DNA of 64,000 nt. It comes from Prevotella sp. GTDB lineage: Bacteria > Bacillota > Clostridia > Oscillospirales > Ruminococcaceae. The notes under the pieces were generated by a model. It was not told the origin of the DNA, searched no databases, and was given only the letters and a program-made list of their open reading frames with translations. Below are positions 9,228-17,692 of this stretch, one piece after another. How positions within the stretch are numbered: the first letter of the stretch is position 1; every line of letters starts with the position of its first letter. The position numbers and the translations under genes were made by a program. The stretch spans positions 13,735-77,734 of the forward strand of contig JAMPIC010000005.1 of the NCBI GenBank assembly GCA_023663025.1, in the 5' to 3' direction.

Positions 9228-11366
9228 ATGAATAATTTTACGGCGCACCACGCTGACGGTCGTATTACGGCGGATTTTAATTCAAGCTGGCGGTTTATGA
9301 AGCTTACTCAAAAGGGCGGACTTTCCGAACTTGCCGTTGAAACGATTGATTTTGACGACAGCGATTGGACTGAAATTTCCCTGCCACACACCTGGAACGA
9401 CATTGACGGTGCGGACGGTTGGTCGGGCAAGGACGAGGGCGGCGAGAACTATTACCGCGATTTGGGCGGTTACAGAAAAACCTCTTATTTCCCCGAAAGC
9501 GAATACGGCGGGAAGTCCGTTTTTATCGAATTTGAGGGAGCAAACACTGTCACTGAGCTTTTTGTGAACGGCGTGTCGGCGGGCGTTCACGAGGGCGGTT
9601 ACTCCGCTTTCAGGTTTGAAATTACCAAACTTTTAAGGCTTGACGGGGAAAATCTTTTCGCGGTCAAGGTGAACAACGCTCCCACCGATTACATCGCGCC
9701 GATAACAAATCAAGGCGATTTTACGAAAATGGGCGGGATTTACCGCGATGTAAAAATTATCGTCGTCCCGAAAATTCATATCGACCTTACGGATTTCGGC
9801 TCGCCGGGAATTTACATTACTCCGAAAAATATTTATGAAAATCACGCAGACGCAGACATTGTTGCAATGCTTGCAAACGACGGCGGTGAAAGGGTTTCCG
9901 CAGATATTTCCGTAACAATTTTCGACGAAAATAAAAATATCATTTCCTCCGAAAAACGCGGGGTAACTTTTATTCCGCACAAAAAATTTCAGGCGGAATT
10001 TACCCTGCCGATTGAAAATCCGATTTTGTGGAACGGTACGGAAAATCCATATCTGTACACCGCCGAAATTACCGTTGAAACAGAGGGAAAAATTCTTGAC
10101 AGTCATAAGCAGAATTTCGGCGTACGCACATATTTTATCGACCCGGAAAAGGGTTTCTTTTTAAATGGAAAATACCTTGATTTGCGGGGTGTGAATTATC
10201 ATCAGGACAGCTTTGAAAACGGCTGGGCAATGACGGACGAACAGCGTGAACGCGATTGCAAAATGATGCGTGAAATGGGCTGTAACGCCGTCAGAATGGC
10301 GCATTACCAGCACGACGGTTACGAATATGATTTGTGCGACAGGCTGGGAATTACAGTGTGGACGGAAGTCGGAATTGTCAATAAAATGTCCGCCGACGAA
10401 AGCGGGAAATTAAAAATTGCCGACGGTTTTAAAGCCAACGCAAAACAGCAGCTTACCGAATTAATTCGGCAGAATTACAATCACCCGTCTGTAATTGTCT
10501 GGGGAATTTCCAACGAGCTTTATCAGATGTCGGACGAAATTTTTGATTTTTATACGGAATTAAATTCTCTTGCGAAAAACGAGGATAAAACAAGGCTTAC
10601 AACCTTTGCGGACGCGCAGTTTTGGGGACGTTTTCTTGAACTTCCCGCCGACGTTGTGGGGTACAACAGATATTTCGGCTGGTACAAGGACGCGGGTCCC
10701 GCGGAGAAATTCGGCGAATGGCTGGACGTTTACCGCAAAGAAAAAGAAAGCCGCCCCATATGCGTTTCGGAGTACGGCGGCGGCGCGGCAGTGTCCCAAT
10801 TTAAGGACAATATCGACTGGCAGACGGACATCGACCCTTGGGGTGAACGTCACTATCAGAATTACCAATCGGCAATGCACGAAAAAATTTGGGCGCAGTT
10901 TGCAAAGCGGAAATATCTTTGGGGCAAATATATTTGGTGTATGTTTGATTTTGCCTCCGACGGCAGGCAGGAGGGAGACACAAATGGTCAGAACGACAAG
11001 GGACTTGTCACACGCAGGCGCGTCCCGAAGGATTCATTTTATTTTTACAAATCGGTTTGGAACGGCACGCCTATGGTGCACCTCACGGAAAAGGGTTTTG
11101 CGCGGCGGGCAAGCGTTGTGCCGCAAATTAAGGCGTACTCAAACGCCGAAAGCGCGGAATTATTTATAAACGGCGTTTCTCGGGGAACGGTAAAACGCGC
11201 CGACCTTGACGAGGATTTTTCAACGGTGTTTATTTGGAAAAACGTAAAAATTGCCGAGGAAAAAGAAAGCGAAATTATTGTAAAAGGCACTTTTGCGGAC
11301 GGGTCTGTTTTGGAGGACAGGGCGGTTTGGACGGGGGTAAAAATACCGCTCAAGAATAATTTTTGA
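9228..11366 (+). CDS. Glycoside hydrolase family 2 enzyme (beta-galactosidase/glucuronidase/mannosidase class), cytoplasmic
   Basis: GH2 sugar-binding N-domain (WRFMK...SLPHTWN...GGYSAFRFEIT), TIM barrel with NAVRMAHYQHD, the acid/base motif VIVWGISNE and the nucleophile region VSEYGGGA. No signal peptide. Confidence 0.9.
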   Translation: MNNFTAHHADGRITADFNSSWRFMKLTQKGGLSELAVETIDFDDSDWTEISLPHTWNDIDGADGWSGKDEGGENYYRDLGGYRKTSYFPESEYGGKSVFIEFEGANTVTELFVNGVSAGVHEGGYSAFRFEITKLLRLDGENLFAVKVNNAPTDYIAPITNQGDFTKMGGIYRDVKIIVVPKIHIDLTDFGSPGIYITPKNIYENHADADIVAMLANDGGERVSADISVTIFDENKNIISSEKRGVTFIPHKKFQAEFTLPIENPILWNGTENPYLYTAEITVETEGKILDSHKQNFGVRTYFIDPEKGFFLNGKYLDLRGVNYHQDSFENGWAMTDEQRERDCKMMREMGCNAVRMAHYQHDGYEYDLCDRLGITVWTEVGIVNKMSADESGKLKIADGFKANAKQQLTELIRQNYNHPSVIVWGISNELYQMSDEIFDFYTELNSLAKNEDKTRLTTFADAQFWGRFLELPADVVGYNRYFGWYKDAGPAEKFGEWLDVYRKEKESRPICVSEYGGGAAVSQFKDNIDWQTDIDPWGERHYQNYQSAMHEKIWAQFAKRKYLWGKYIWCMFDFASDGRQEGDTNGQNDKGLVTRRRVPKDSFYFYKSVWNGTPMVHLTEKGFARRASVVPQIKAYSNAESAELFINGVSRGTVKRADLDEDFSTVFIWKNVKIAEEKESEIIVKGTFADGSVLEDRAVWTGVKIPLKNNF

Positions 11367-11376
11367 GCGGTAATTT

Positions 11377-12225
11377 TTATCGCAGTCCCGCCGCTTGAAA
11401 ACCGAGTACGCCAAGCACGCAAAGAATACTTCCCGCAAGGTTTAGTCCCGTGGGACGGGCGCTTTTTCTGAACAAATCGAGAATAAAAATCACAATAAGT
11501 ATCATCGGCTGAATAAATGAATAATTTGTAAGACTTTGCGCCGCAACGGCATTTTCGCCCAGTAATCCGAGGGCGTTTGGGAGCTTGCAGAAAACTACGG
11601 TTATAACGCCCCTGAGCCCTTCGGGACTGCCCGCGGCAATGGACATCGGCTTCGCGGACGGAATTAAAACAACCGCTAAAATTATCAGCGCGAAAAACAG
11701 CGTAAGCGTTGAGGATATGTATTTTTCCGCCGCTTTCATAATAACTCCGTAGCCGAATTTTACGCCGATGTAAATTATCAGCGGAATAATTATTTTGGGG
11801 TAATTTACTTTTTTTCGTCCCGATTTCGCAATCATTGCAAGCCCAACAGCGGTGATAATTATGCAAAGTATTTTCAGCACGCTCACGCCTTGACCGTACA
11901 TAATTATGTCCGTAAAATACGAAATAAACAGGGTTATTCCGAGCCAAGCCTTTAATTCAAAGGCGGACATTTCTATTAAAATTTTCGCGCCCATTGAGAA
12001 TTCAAAAAATTTGCAGGCGGCGATAAGCAGTATAAAAATAAATGTAAACGGCGAAAGCGTAAACGTTCTGTCGAAAAAAGGCAGCAGCAGCGCGAGGAAC
12101 GGAACAGTTCCCGCAGCCATTAAAAAAGTAAGCTGCGGACCGTTCAGTTTCGCCTTGCTGACCGCGTATTTATCGTTAAGCGAACAAACCGTGTACATCG
12201 CCACGACGAAAAGCATTTTAAGCAT
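11377..12225 (-). CDS. Ten-TM membrane protein, DMT/EamA-like transporter (tentative)
   Basis: About 10 hydrophobic helices in two similar halves. Start chosen at MLKMLFVV (12225) with AGAGGA 6 nt upstream. The family assignment rests on topology only. Confidence 0.5.
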   Translation of the reverse strand: MLKMLFVVAMYTVCSLNDKYAVSKAKLNGPQLTFLMAAGTVPFLALLLPFFDRTFTLSPFTFIFILLIAACKFFEFSMGAKILIEMSAFELKAWLGITLFISYFTDIIMYGQGVSVLKILCIIITAVGLAMIAKSGRKKVNYPKIIIPLIIYIGVKFGYGVIMKAAEKYISSTLTLFFALIILAVVLIPSAKPMSIAAGSPEGLRGVITVVFCKLPNALGLLGENAVAAQSLTNYSFIQPMILIVIFILDLFRKSARPTGLNLAGSILCVLGVLGFQAAGLR

Positions 12226-12549
12226 TTGCAGTCCTCTATTCCACAAGTATTTTTTAATTTCCGCGATTTATTTCCCGAAAAAAATAAACGCTGCTGCGGA
12301 CAAAGCCGCGGTAACTTTTTTCATAGTAAATATTTTCTTTCGTATATAATTATACACCATTTATTTGTTAAAATCAATAGTTTACAATAAAATTATATTA
12401 GAGAAGGTTTTGTTGAAAACAGCATAAGGGTATAATTTTAATAACATAAGTTTAAACTTTTTATTAAGATGAGATTGTGAGGTCCAAATTATATTACATT
12501 TTAGCAAAAAATAAGATTTTGGAAGCACAGTATATGGGCTGTATTTGAT

Positions 12550-12825
12550 ATGGTTTTGTTTATTGTGTCATTATTTTTTATTGTGCACTTATATTGTAAA
12601 TCTAAGCTCATAAACAAGCAGATTTCTCAATGCTGGCACATTGCCCGTGAAAAAATAAAGGACATTGCTTCAAAGGAGGAAACGGATATGCTTCGTATGC
12701 GCTTTTGCCTGGGCTGGCAATGGAAAAAATGCGCAGCGGAAATGCAGAAAAAATACGGCGCGAAATGGAACATAAATATGGTGTTTCGTACATATCGCCG
12801 ATTATTGGCTAAATGCACAAAATAA
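12550..12825 (+). CDS. Hypothetical phage protein, possible sigma-70 region-4-like HTH (start uncertain)
   Basis: The C-terminal part EETDMLRMRFCLGWQWKKCAAEMQKKYGAKWNINMVFRTYRRLLAKC resembles small phage late-transcription/sigma r4-like HTH proteins. The N-terminal 25 residues of the listed ORF look non-genic. Confidence 0.25.
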   Translation: MVLFIVSLFFIVHLYCKSKLINKQISQCWHIAREKIKDIASKEETDMLRMRFCLGWQWKKCAAEMQKKYGAKWNINMVFRTYRRLLAKCTK

Positions 12826-12908
12826 TCATAAAAAGTTATACATTTTGTAAATTGAAAAAAAGCCGTTTCGGTCTTAAAATTATATTATGAAATATTATAT
12901 ATCGCAGA

Positions 12909-12942
12909 AAATCCTGCCGGCTTTGTCGGCGGGATTTTGTTA
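12909..12942 (+). terminator. Rho-independent terminator
   Basis: AAATCCTGCCG-gctttgt-CGGCGGGATTT hairpin (one T*G pair) followed by TTTTGTT, directly upstream of the tRNA. Confidence 0.6.
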
Positions 12943-12945
12943 TAT

Positions 12946-13021
12946 TGTGACGTATTCAAGAGGTTAAGAAAGCAGACTTTGACCCTGCTGTTCGTTGGTT
13001 CGAATCCAACCGTCACAGCCA
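12946..13021 (+). tRNA. tRNA-Gln (anticodon TTG), CCA encoded
   Basis: Manual cloverleaf, 76 nt in total:
- Acceptor TGTGACG/CGTCACA, a perfect 7 bp.
- D arm TTCA-AGAGGTTA-AGAA.
- Anticodon arm GCAGA-CTTTGAC-CCTGC (loop C-U-UUG-A-C, with an A31*C39 mismatch).
- Variable loop TGTTC.
- T arm GTTGG-TTCGAAT-CCAAC.
- Discriminator G plus CCA.
Collinear with canonical Firmicutes tRNA-Gln. Confidence 0.85.
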
Positions 13022-13048
13022 CAGTCAAATTTCAAGGGGGAGGAATAA

Positions 13049-13444
13049 ATGCCGAACAATCCTAATTCCGCCGCCAAGCTTAAACCGGTGACATCAAGCG
13101 ACGAGGCAAAGGAACGGGGGCGTAACGGCGGTATCAAGTCGGAGAAGTCAAGACGCGCAAGAAAGCAAGCTCGGGAATGTATGGAAATAATCTTAAAAAG
13201 CAAGGTCGCTAAAGATGAACATAAACAAATTCTTGCAAATATGGGGATTAAGGACAAAGACAAACAAAATATTATGCTGCTTATGGCTTCCCTGTTTTTT
13301 AAGGGAGTAAGCACCGGAGACAGCGGCACGGTAAAAGCTATTCTTGAAATTTCGGGAGATTTAGAGCAACCGCAGGAAACGCGGGCTCCGCAAATCAATA
13401 TAACGGTGTCAGCGGCGACAGCCGATGATATAGAAAATACCTAA
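13049..13444 (+). CDS. Phage protein of unknown function (possible small terminase-like/DNA-binding)
   Basis: Good RBS (GGGGGAGG). The basic N-terminus KERGRNGGIKSEKSRRARKQ is a motif I associate with small phage DNA-binding proteins. The function is not established. Confidence 0.4.
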   Translation: MPNNPNSAAKLKPVTSSDEAKERGRNGGIKSEKSRRARKQARECMEIILKSKVAKDEHKQILANMGIKDKDKQNIMLLMASLFFKGVSTGDSGTVKAILEISGDLEQPQETRAPQINITVSAATADDIENT

Positions 13445-13464
13445 TTTGGAAAGGAGGAAAATTT

Positions 13465-13629
13465 ATGCCTGAAACAACGAAACAAACTATCGCAAGAACT
13501 TCGGGCGGCGGAAGCGCACCCACAAGGTTTAAAAAGTCGGCGTATACTTCCGCAAAGGCGTTTGCCCGCAGCGGCGTGCTCGGCAGAAACGTTCAGCGAC
13601 GCAAGTCGCTCGGCAGCAAAGGTGGTTAA
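13465..13629 (+). CDS. Small basic hypothetical protein (54 aa)
   Basis: Not in the ORF track (under 60 aa). Strong RBS AAGGAGG 7 nt upstream. Translation: MPETTKQTIARTSGGGSAPTRFKKSAYTSAKAFARSGVLGRNVQRRKSLGSKGG. Confidence 0.3.
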   Translation: MPETTKQTIARTSGGGSAPTRFKKSAYTSAKAFARSGVLGRNVQRRKSLGSKGG

Positions 13630-13959
13630 TAATGAGCAATTTATTATTCGACCCCGTCAAGACGCAGGCAAGCGTTACGGACAGCGTTATTGTCGCTTTT
13701 TCTCGTCTTTGAAAATGAAAAGGCGAAAGCAGAATTTTACAAGAAAATCAGCACGCCGATTTCTGAAGAGTACCTGACCGTCGACAAGCTTATGAGGCTT
13801 GCGCAAAATGACGGTTGAAGCAAGATGAAACCAAGATAAGCTATGCAGTATGGATATTACAATGGGAAAGCCGCACAAAGTTATAACGTATATTTTGTGC
13901 AATTTATACGTTGTAACCGAAACGTAATAATGGTATAATATTATTATGGAGGTGTTGTA

Positions 13960-14193
13960 ATGACTGTTACAAAAGCGCAAATGGCTGCAAATAAAAAACA
14001 CGATAGATCACATTTCAAATATCAATCCGTAAAGCTGAAAATATCCGAATATGAAAAACTTAAAGAGGCTGTAAGCATATCCAAAGAACCTATGAACGGA
14101 TTTTTGAGGTCTGCTATTATGGATAGAGTATCTGAGTATATTTCTAATAAGCCCGCTCCAAACGGAACGGAACGGGAGGAAAACATCGAATGA
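13960..14193 (+). CDS. Ribbon-helix-helix (Arc/CopG-like) protein, antitoxin-like
   Basis: YQSVKLKISEYEKLKEAVSISKEPMNGFLRSAIMDRV fits a beta-strand/helix/helix RHH pattern. Its stop overlaps (ATGA) the start of a RelE/ParE-like remnant. Paralogous to 15705-15893. Confidence 0.6.
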   Translation: MTVTKAQMAANKKHDRSHFKYQSVKLKISEYEKLKEAVSISKEPMNGFLRSAIMDRVSEYISNKPAPNGTEREENIE

Positions 14194-14319
14194 AAATAAA
14201 ATACTCAAAAGCGGCGTTGAAATTTCTCGCGGGTGTGCAAAAGAAAATCGCCGACAGCAAATGAATTGAAAATACTGTATATTATAGACATAGGCTCAAG
14301 GGGAGATATTTATAAATGA
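14190..14319 (+). pseudogene. RelE/ParE-family toxin remnant with an internal deletion/frameshift
   Basis: Frame 1 reads MKIKYSKAALKFLAGVQKKIADSK*, a typical toxin N-terminus. The +1 frame then reads ..ANELKILYIIDIGSRGDIYK*, a typical RelE/ParE C-terminus. The roughly 50 central residues are missing. Confidence 0.6.
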
Positions 14320-14331
14320 GGAGGTTGTTTT

Positions 14332-14553
14332 ATGTCGCCTAAAACACAGCAAATGGTTGAATTGTACGAAATGCTCCCCGAACGGGAGCAGGAGCTTGCC
14401 TTTGAAACGGTCAAGAGGTTTGTCCTTGCGTGGGACCCCGATTTTACGAAGGTTACTCCCGCCGAACGCAGACAGATTGACGAGGCTGAAAAGAGCGGGT
14501 TTGTTTCCGAAGATGAAATAGACTGGGATAATCTCGGTAAATATGCGGATTAG
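14332..14553 (+). CDS. Small acidic hypothetical protein (73 aa)
   Basis: RBS GAGGAGG. The acidic C-terminus GFVSEDEIDWDNLGKYAD suggests an antitoxin-like/adaptor protein. Function unknown. Confidence 0.4.
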   Translation: MSPKTQQMVELYEMLPEREQELAFETVKRFVLAWDPDFTKVTPAERRQIDEAEKSGFVSEDEIDWDNLGKYAD

Positions 14554-14581
14554 CAGAATGAGTATAAGGAGGGCGCACACA

Positions 14582-14755
14582 ATGAGTAACCGTGATTTAG
14601 CCAAAAATCTTATTGACAAAATCCCCGAAAGCAGGCTGTTTTATGTTATATCATATTTGCAGGGCGCGGCTGTCCCCGACGAAACGCCCAACGCCGAAAC
14701 ATTAGCGGCGTTCGCGGAACTTGACTTGAAAGCAGAAAAAGAAACGGAGGAATAA
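14582..14755 (+). CDS. Small hypothetical protein, RelB/DinJ-like C-terminal motif (57 aa)
   Basis: Start at MSNRDL with AAGGAGG 8 nt upstream. The TPNAETLAAFAELD motif resembles antitoxin C-termini. Confidence 0.4.
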   Translation: MSNRDLAKNLIDKIPESRLFYVISYLQGAAVPDETPNAETLAAFAELDLKAEKETEE

Positions 14756-14757
14756 CA

Positions 14758-15018
14758 ATGCCGACATTAAGCATATTCAGAGGTATTAAAGTTTATATGA
14801 ACTGGAATGAACATAATCCGCCGCATTTTCACGCAGTATACGGCGGTGAAGAGGTAACGGTGCTTATAAAGGAACTGGAAGTATTAAGCGGCAGCTTGCC
14901 AAACAAACAGCTTAAAATGCTTTTAGGCTGGGCGGCGTTCCATCAGGAGGAGTTAATGGAAAACTGGGAGCTTGCCGAAAAGAAACAGGAGCTTTTCCAG
15001 ATTGAACCTATGAAATAA
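14758..15018 (+). CDS. DUF4160 domain protein
   Basis: MPTLSIFRGIKVYMNWNEHNPPHFHAVYGGEE is the hallmark DUF4160 N-terminus (F.GI.I.M...DH.PPHFHA.Y). Confidence 0.85.
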   Translation: MPTLSIFRGIKVYMNWNEHNPPHFHAVYGGEEVTVLIKELEVLSGSLPNKQLKMLLGWAAFHQEELMENWELAEKKQELFQIEPMK

Positions 15019-15033
15019 GAAAGGTGTGATATT

Positions 15034-15384
15034 ATGCCGAACAGTATTGAATATTATCTTTCTAAAGGCTGTGACAGAGCTGCTGCCGAATATTATGCGT
15101 CCGGCAGGAAAAAAATCATTTCCGTATCGCCTAATGAAGATTTTACATTAACGCTTTGCTTTGAAAGCGGAGAAAGGCGTATACTGGACTGCAAGCCTTT
15201 TCTTGACGGTGCTGTTTTTAAACCTTTTAAGAACTATGAAAACTTCAAGAGAGTATACCTTGACGATACAAGCTGTGTTGCATGGGACATTGATCCGAAT
15301 ATCGACAGTAATGTCGTATGGAACAATAAAGTTGATTTATGTCCCGATAGCTGCTATATTGACAGCGTGCCGATAGCCTATTAA
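15034..15384 (+). CDS. DUF2442-like protein with an N-terminal extension
   Basis: The pattern FTLTLCFESGERRILDCKPFLDGAVFKPFKNYENFKRVYLDDTSCVAWD...DLCPDSCY matches DUF2442 (..F.dG..r..D..p.l....f..L.d...F..v.vd....i.W). Confidence 0.6.
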   Translation: MPNSIEYYLSKGCDRAAAEYYASGRKKIISVSPNEDFTLTLCFESGERRILDCKPFLDGAVFKPFKNYENFKRVYLDDTSCVAWDIDPNIDSNVVWNNKVDLCPDSCYIDSVPIAY

Positions 15385-15451
15385 AGGAGAACGGGATTGG
15401 GTTTGCTTGCTCCCATATCTTTTGTACAATTGGAACAAGAGGGTACACGCC

Positions 15452-15703
15452 ATGTTACAGCCTAAAGTATTGAATGTTACGCCCTTGGAGGATTACCGCC
15501 TTCTTGTCGAGTGGGAAACTGGTGAAAAGAAAATTTTCGACGTTAAACCGTATATTATTGGCTCTTGGTTCGGCAAACTTCGCGATGTTCGGACGTTCGG
15601 GACGGTGCACCCGCGCGGTTCAACCGTTGAATGGGCGGACGGTCAAGACATTGCGCCCCACGAGCTTTACGAGCTTTCGGTGCTTGCAGGGGGTGATTTG
15701 TAA
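15452..15703 (+). CDS. DUF2442 domain protein
   Basis: VLNVTPLEDYRLLVEWETGEKKIFDVKPYI...FGKLRDVRTFGTVHPRGSTVEWADGQDIAPHELYELS. Start at MLQPKV with AGAGGG upstream. Confidence 0.8.
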   Translation: MLQPKVLNVTPLEDYRLLVEWETGEKKIFDVKPYIIGSWFGKLRDVRTFGTVHPRGSTVEWADGQDIAPHELYELSVLAGGDL

Positions 15704-15704
15704 T

Positions 15705-15893
15705 ATGGCTGTAAGCAAAGCCCAGCAAAAGGCTGTTGCAAAGTATATGAAAGAAAATTACGACAATTTTCAACTGCGAATGCCAAAAGGCAAGAAAGCG
15801 ATTATAAAAGATTTTGCGGATAAGCAGGGGGAAACTATGAACGGCTTTATAAATAAAGCTGTTGACGAGAAAATGCAGCGTGATAAACAATAG
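15705..15893 (+). CDS. Ribbon-helix-helix (Arc-like) protein, paralog of 13960-14193
   Basis: MAVSKAQQKAVAKYMKENYDNFQLRMPKGKKAIIKDFADKQGETMNGFINKAVDEKM. It shares the KAQ..A..K N-terminus and the MNGF(L/I)..A motif with the first RHH gene. The ATG lies 2 nt after the preceding stop. Confidence 0.6.
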   Translation: MAVSKAQQKAVAKYMKENYDNFQLRMPKGKKAIIKDFADKQGETMNGFINKAVDEKMQRDKQ

Positions 15894-15895
15894 AC

Positions 15896-15926
15896 AAAAG
15901 CGGTTGAAATATCAGCCGCTTTTTTG
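15896..15926 (+). terminator. Rho-independent terminator between the small-gene array and the terminase
   Basis: AAAAGCGG-ttgaaatatcag-CCGCTTTT followed by TTGTG. Confidence 0.6.
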
Positions 15927-15963
15927 TGTTGTTTTTATTTTATACAGAAAGGTTTTGATATAT

Positions 15964-17199
15964 TTGAATATAAAAGTCAAAGCAAACAAAGTGTATATAC
16001 CGTATTTCAACAAACCGCAGTTCACGCAGATATATTACGGCGGGAGCAGCAGCGGGAAGTCTTACTTTTTAGCCTCAAAGGTCGTGCTGGACAATCTGAA
16101 CGGCGTTAATTGGCTTGTTTGCCGCAATGTTGCCGCAACCATCGGAATGTCGGTATTTAACGAGATAACGAAAGCCATATCCAATATGGGATTGATGAAA
16201 TACTACAAAATAAACCGCTCCACAATGTCGATAACCTGTTTGCTGAACAGCAGGCAGATACTTTTCGCGGGACTGGACGACGCCGAAAAAATAAAGTCGG
16301 TAACGCCGATTGACGACGTTCTGCACCGCATATGGATAGAGGAGGCTACCGAGGTTAAGCGCGAGGCTTACAAGCAGCTGACAAAACGTCTGCGCGGCAA
16401 TACGAAAAGCAAATTTTCAAAGTGCGTTATATTATCGTTCAACCCCATTTTGCGCTCCCATTGGATATATAAAGAATTTTTCGGCGAATGGCAGGACGAT
16501 AAAACGTCTTTTGAAAGCGAACGGTTAAGCATACTCAAAACGACCTATAAGGACAATTTATTTTTGACCGACGACGACCGAAAACAGCTTGAAGATGAAA
16601 CGGACGAGTATTATTATCAGGTCTATACGTTGGGGAATTTCGGCGTTTTGGGACACGTTATCTTCAAGAACTGGCATACGGAGGATTTAAGCGGACTTAT
16701 ACCGACGTTCGATAAAATATACAACGGTCTTGACTTCGGCTACAGCGTTGACCCTAACGCGCTGATAAGGGTACATCTTGATAAAAAGCGCAAAAAGATA
16801 TACGTTTTCGACGAATGGTATCAAGCGGGAATGTCGGACAGCGAGCTTATACGGCTGGTAAAAAATAAAATCGGCACGCAGTATGTCACCTGCGACAGCG
16901 CAGAGCCGAAAACTATTGATTTGCTGTATGCAAACGACGTCAGGGCGGTCGCGGCGGTTAAAGGCGCGGACAGTATCAATCGCGGCATAAGGTGGCTTCA
17001 GGACTACGAAATTATTGTCGACGTAAGGTGTCAGAATTTCAAAAACGAAATCGAGCAATATCATTGGAAAGAGGACAGAAAAGGAAATGTAATGGCAATT
17101 CCCGCAGATATGAACAATCATTTGCTTGACGCGCTGCGGTATGCGCTTTGCGATGAGATTTTAGCGGCGGAAGTAAAGGCGGGACGGAGGCTGATTTAA
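15964..17199 (+). CDS. Phage terminase large subunit (PBSX/Terminase_3 type)
   Basis: Walker A YYGGSSSGKSYF, then WIEEATEV (Walker B/coupling). The C-terminal nuclease half has DFGYSVDPNA and NHLLDALRYA. Start taken at the in-frame TTG at 15964 (MNIKVKANK); it could lie further upstream. Confidence 0.9.
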   Translation: MNIKVKANKVYIPYFNKPQFTQIYYGGSSSGKSYFLASKVVLDNLNGVNWLVCRNVAATIGMSVFNEITKAISNMGLMKYYKINRSTMSITCLLNSRQILFAGLDDAEKIKSVTPIDDVLHRIWIEEATEVKREAYKQLTKRLRGNTKSKFSKCVILSFNPILRSHWIYKEFFGEWQDDKTSFESERLSILKTTYKDNLFLTDDDRKQLEDETDEYYYQVYTLGNFGVLGHVIFKNWHTEDLSGLIPTFDKIYNGLDFGYSVDPNALIRVHLDKKRKKIYVFDEWYQAGMSDSELIRLVKNKIGTQYVTCDSAEPKTIDLLYANDVRAVAAVKGADSINRGIRWLQDYEIIVDVRCQNFKNEIEQYHWKEDRKGNVMAIPADMNNHLLDALRYALCDEILAAEVKAGRRLI

Positions 17200-17354
17200 T
17201 GTGCGGTCATGATTTTATAAAAATAAATGATGTTTCGGTTTGTCGGAAATGCGGCTTGACCCGCACCTACGACGGCAGAATATTTTTTGACAAAAAGCTG
17301 CCGAACCGCAAGCGCCCAAAACGAAAAAAGGAGAATAAAAATGTCAAGGACTAA
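17199..17354 (+). CDS. Small putative zinc-ribbon protein (51 aa)
   Basis: Not in the track. The ATG overlaps the terminase stop (TAATG). Translation: MCGHDFIKINDVSVCRKCGLTRTYDGRIFFDKKLPNRKRPKRKKENKNVKD, with a CxH...CxxC arrangement and a basic tail. Confidence 0.35.
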   Translation: MCGHDFIKINDVSVCRKCGLTRTYDGRIFFDKKLPNRKRPKRKKENKNVKD

Positions 17355-17646
17355 AATGGAATTGCTCCCCGAATTTTCGGCGGAGCTTGAGGAAATCCGC
17401 AAAAGCGGCATAACCAAAGAATTACTGCAAAAAATCATTTCAAAGCACCAAGCGAACGCCGTATATAACAAAAAACTTTACGAACGGTATATGACCTTGC
17501 GGGAAAACGTACCGATATTCGGCAGAAAACCTCGTTTTGAAGATGAAGATAACCCTATCAACAACAAGTTGAATAACGATTTTTTCGGCGAGATAGTAGA
17601 TTTTAAAACGGGATATTTCGCGGGAAAACCTATCGCGTACAGCTAA
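17341..17646 (+). pseudogene. Phage portal protein (SPP1 gp6-like), N-terminal stub only
   Basis: MSRTKMELLPEF...YERYMTLRENVPIFGRKPRFEDEDNPINNKLNNDFFGEIVDFKTGYFAGKPIAYS* matches portal N-termini but stops after about 100 of an expected 450 or more residues. RBS AAAGGAG. Confidence 0.65.
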
Positions 17647-17692
17647 TTCCTTTATTGCGGAAACATATACAAAATATTCGGACGGTAACGGA

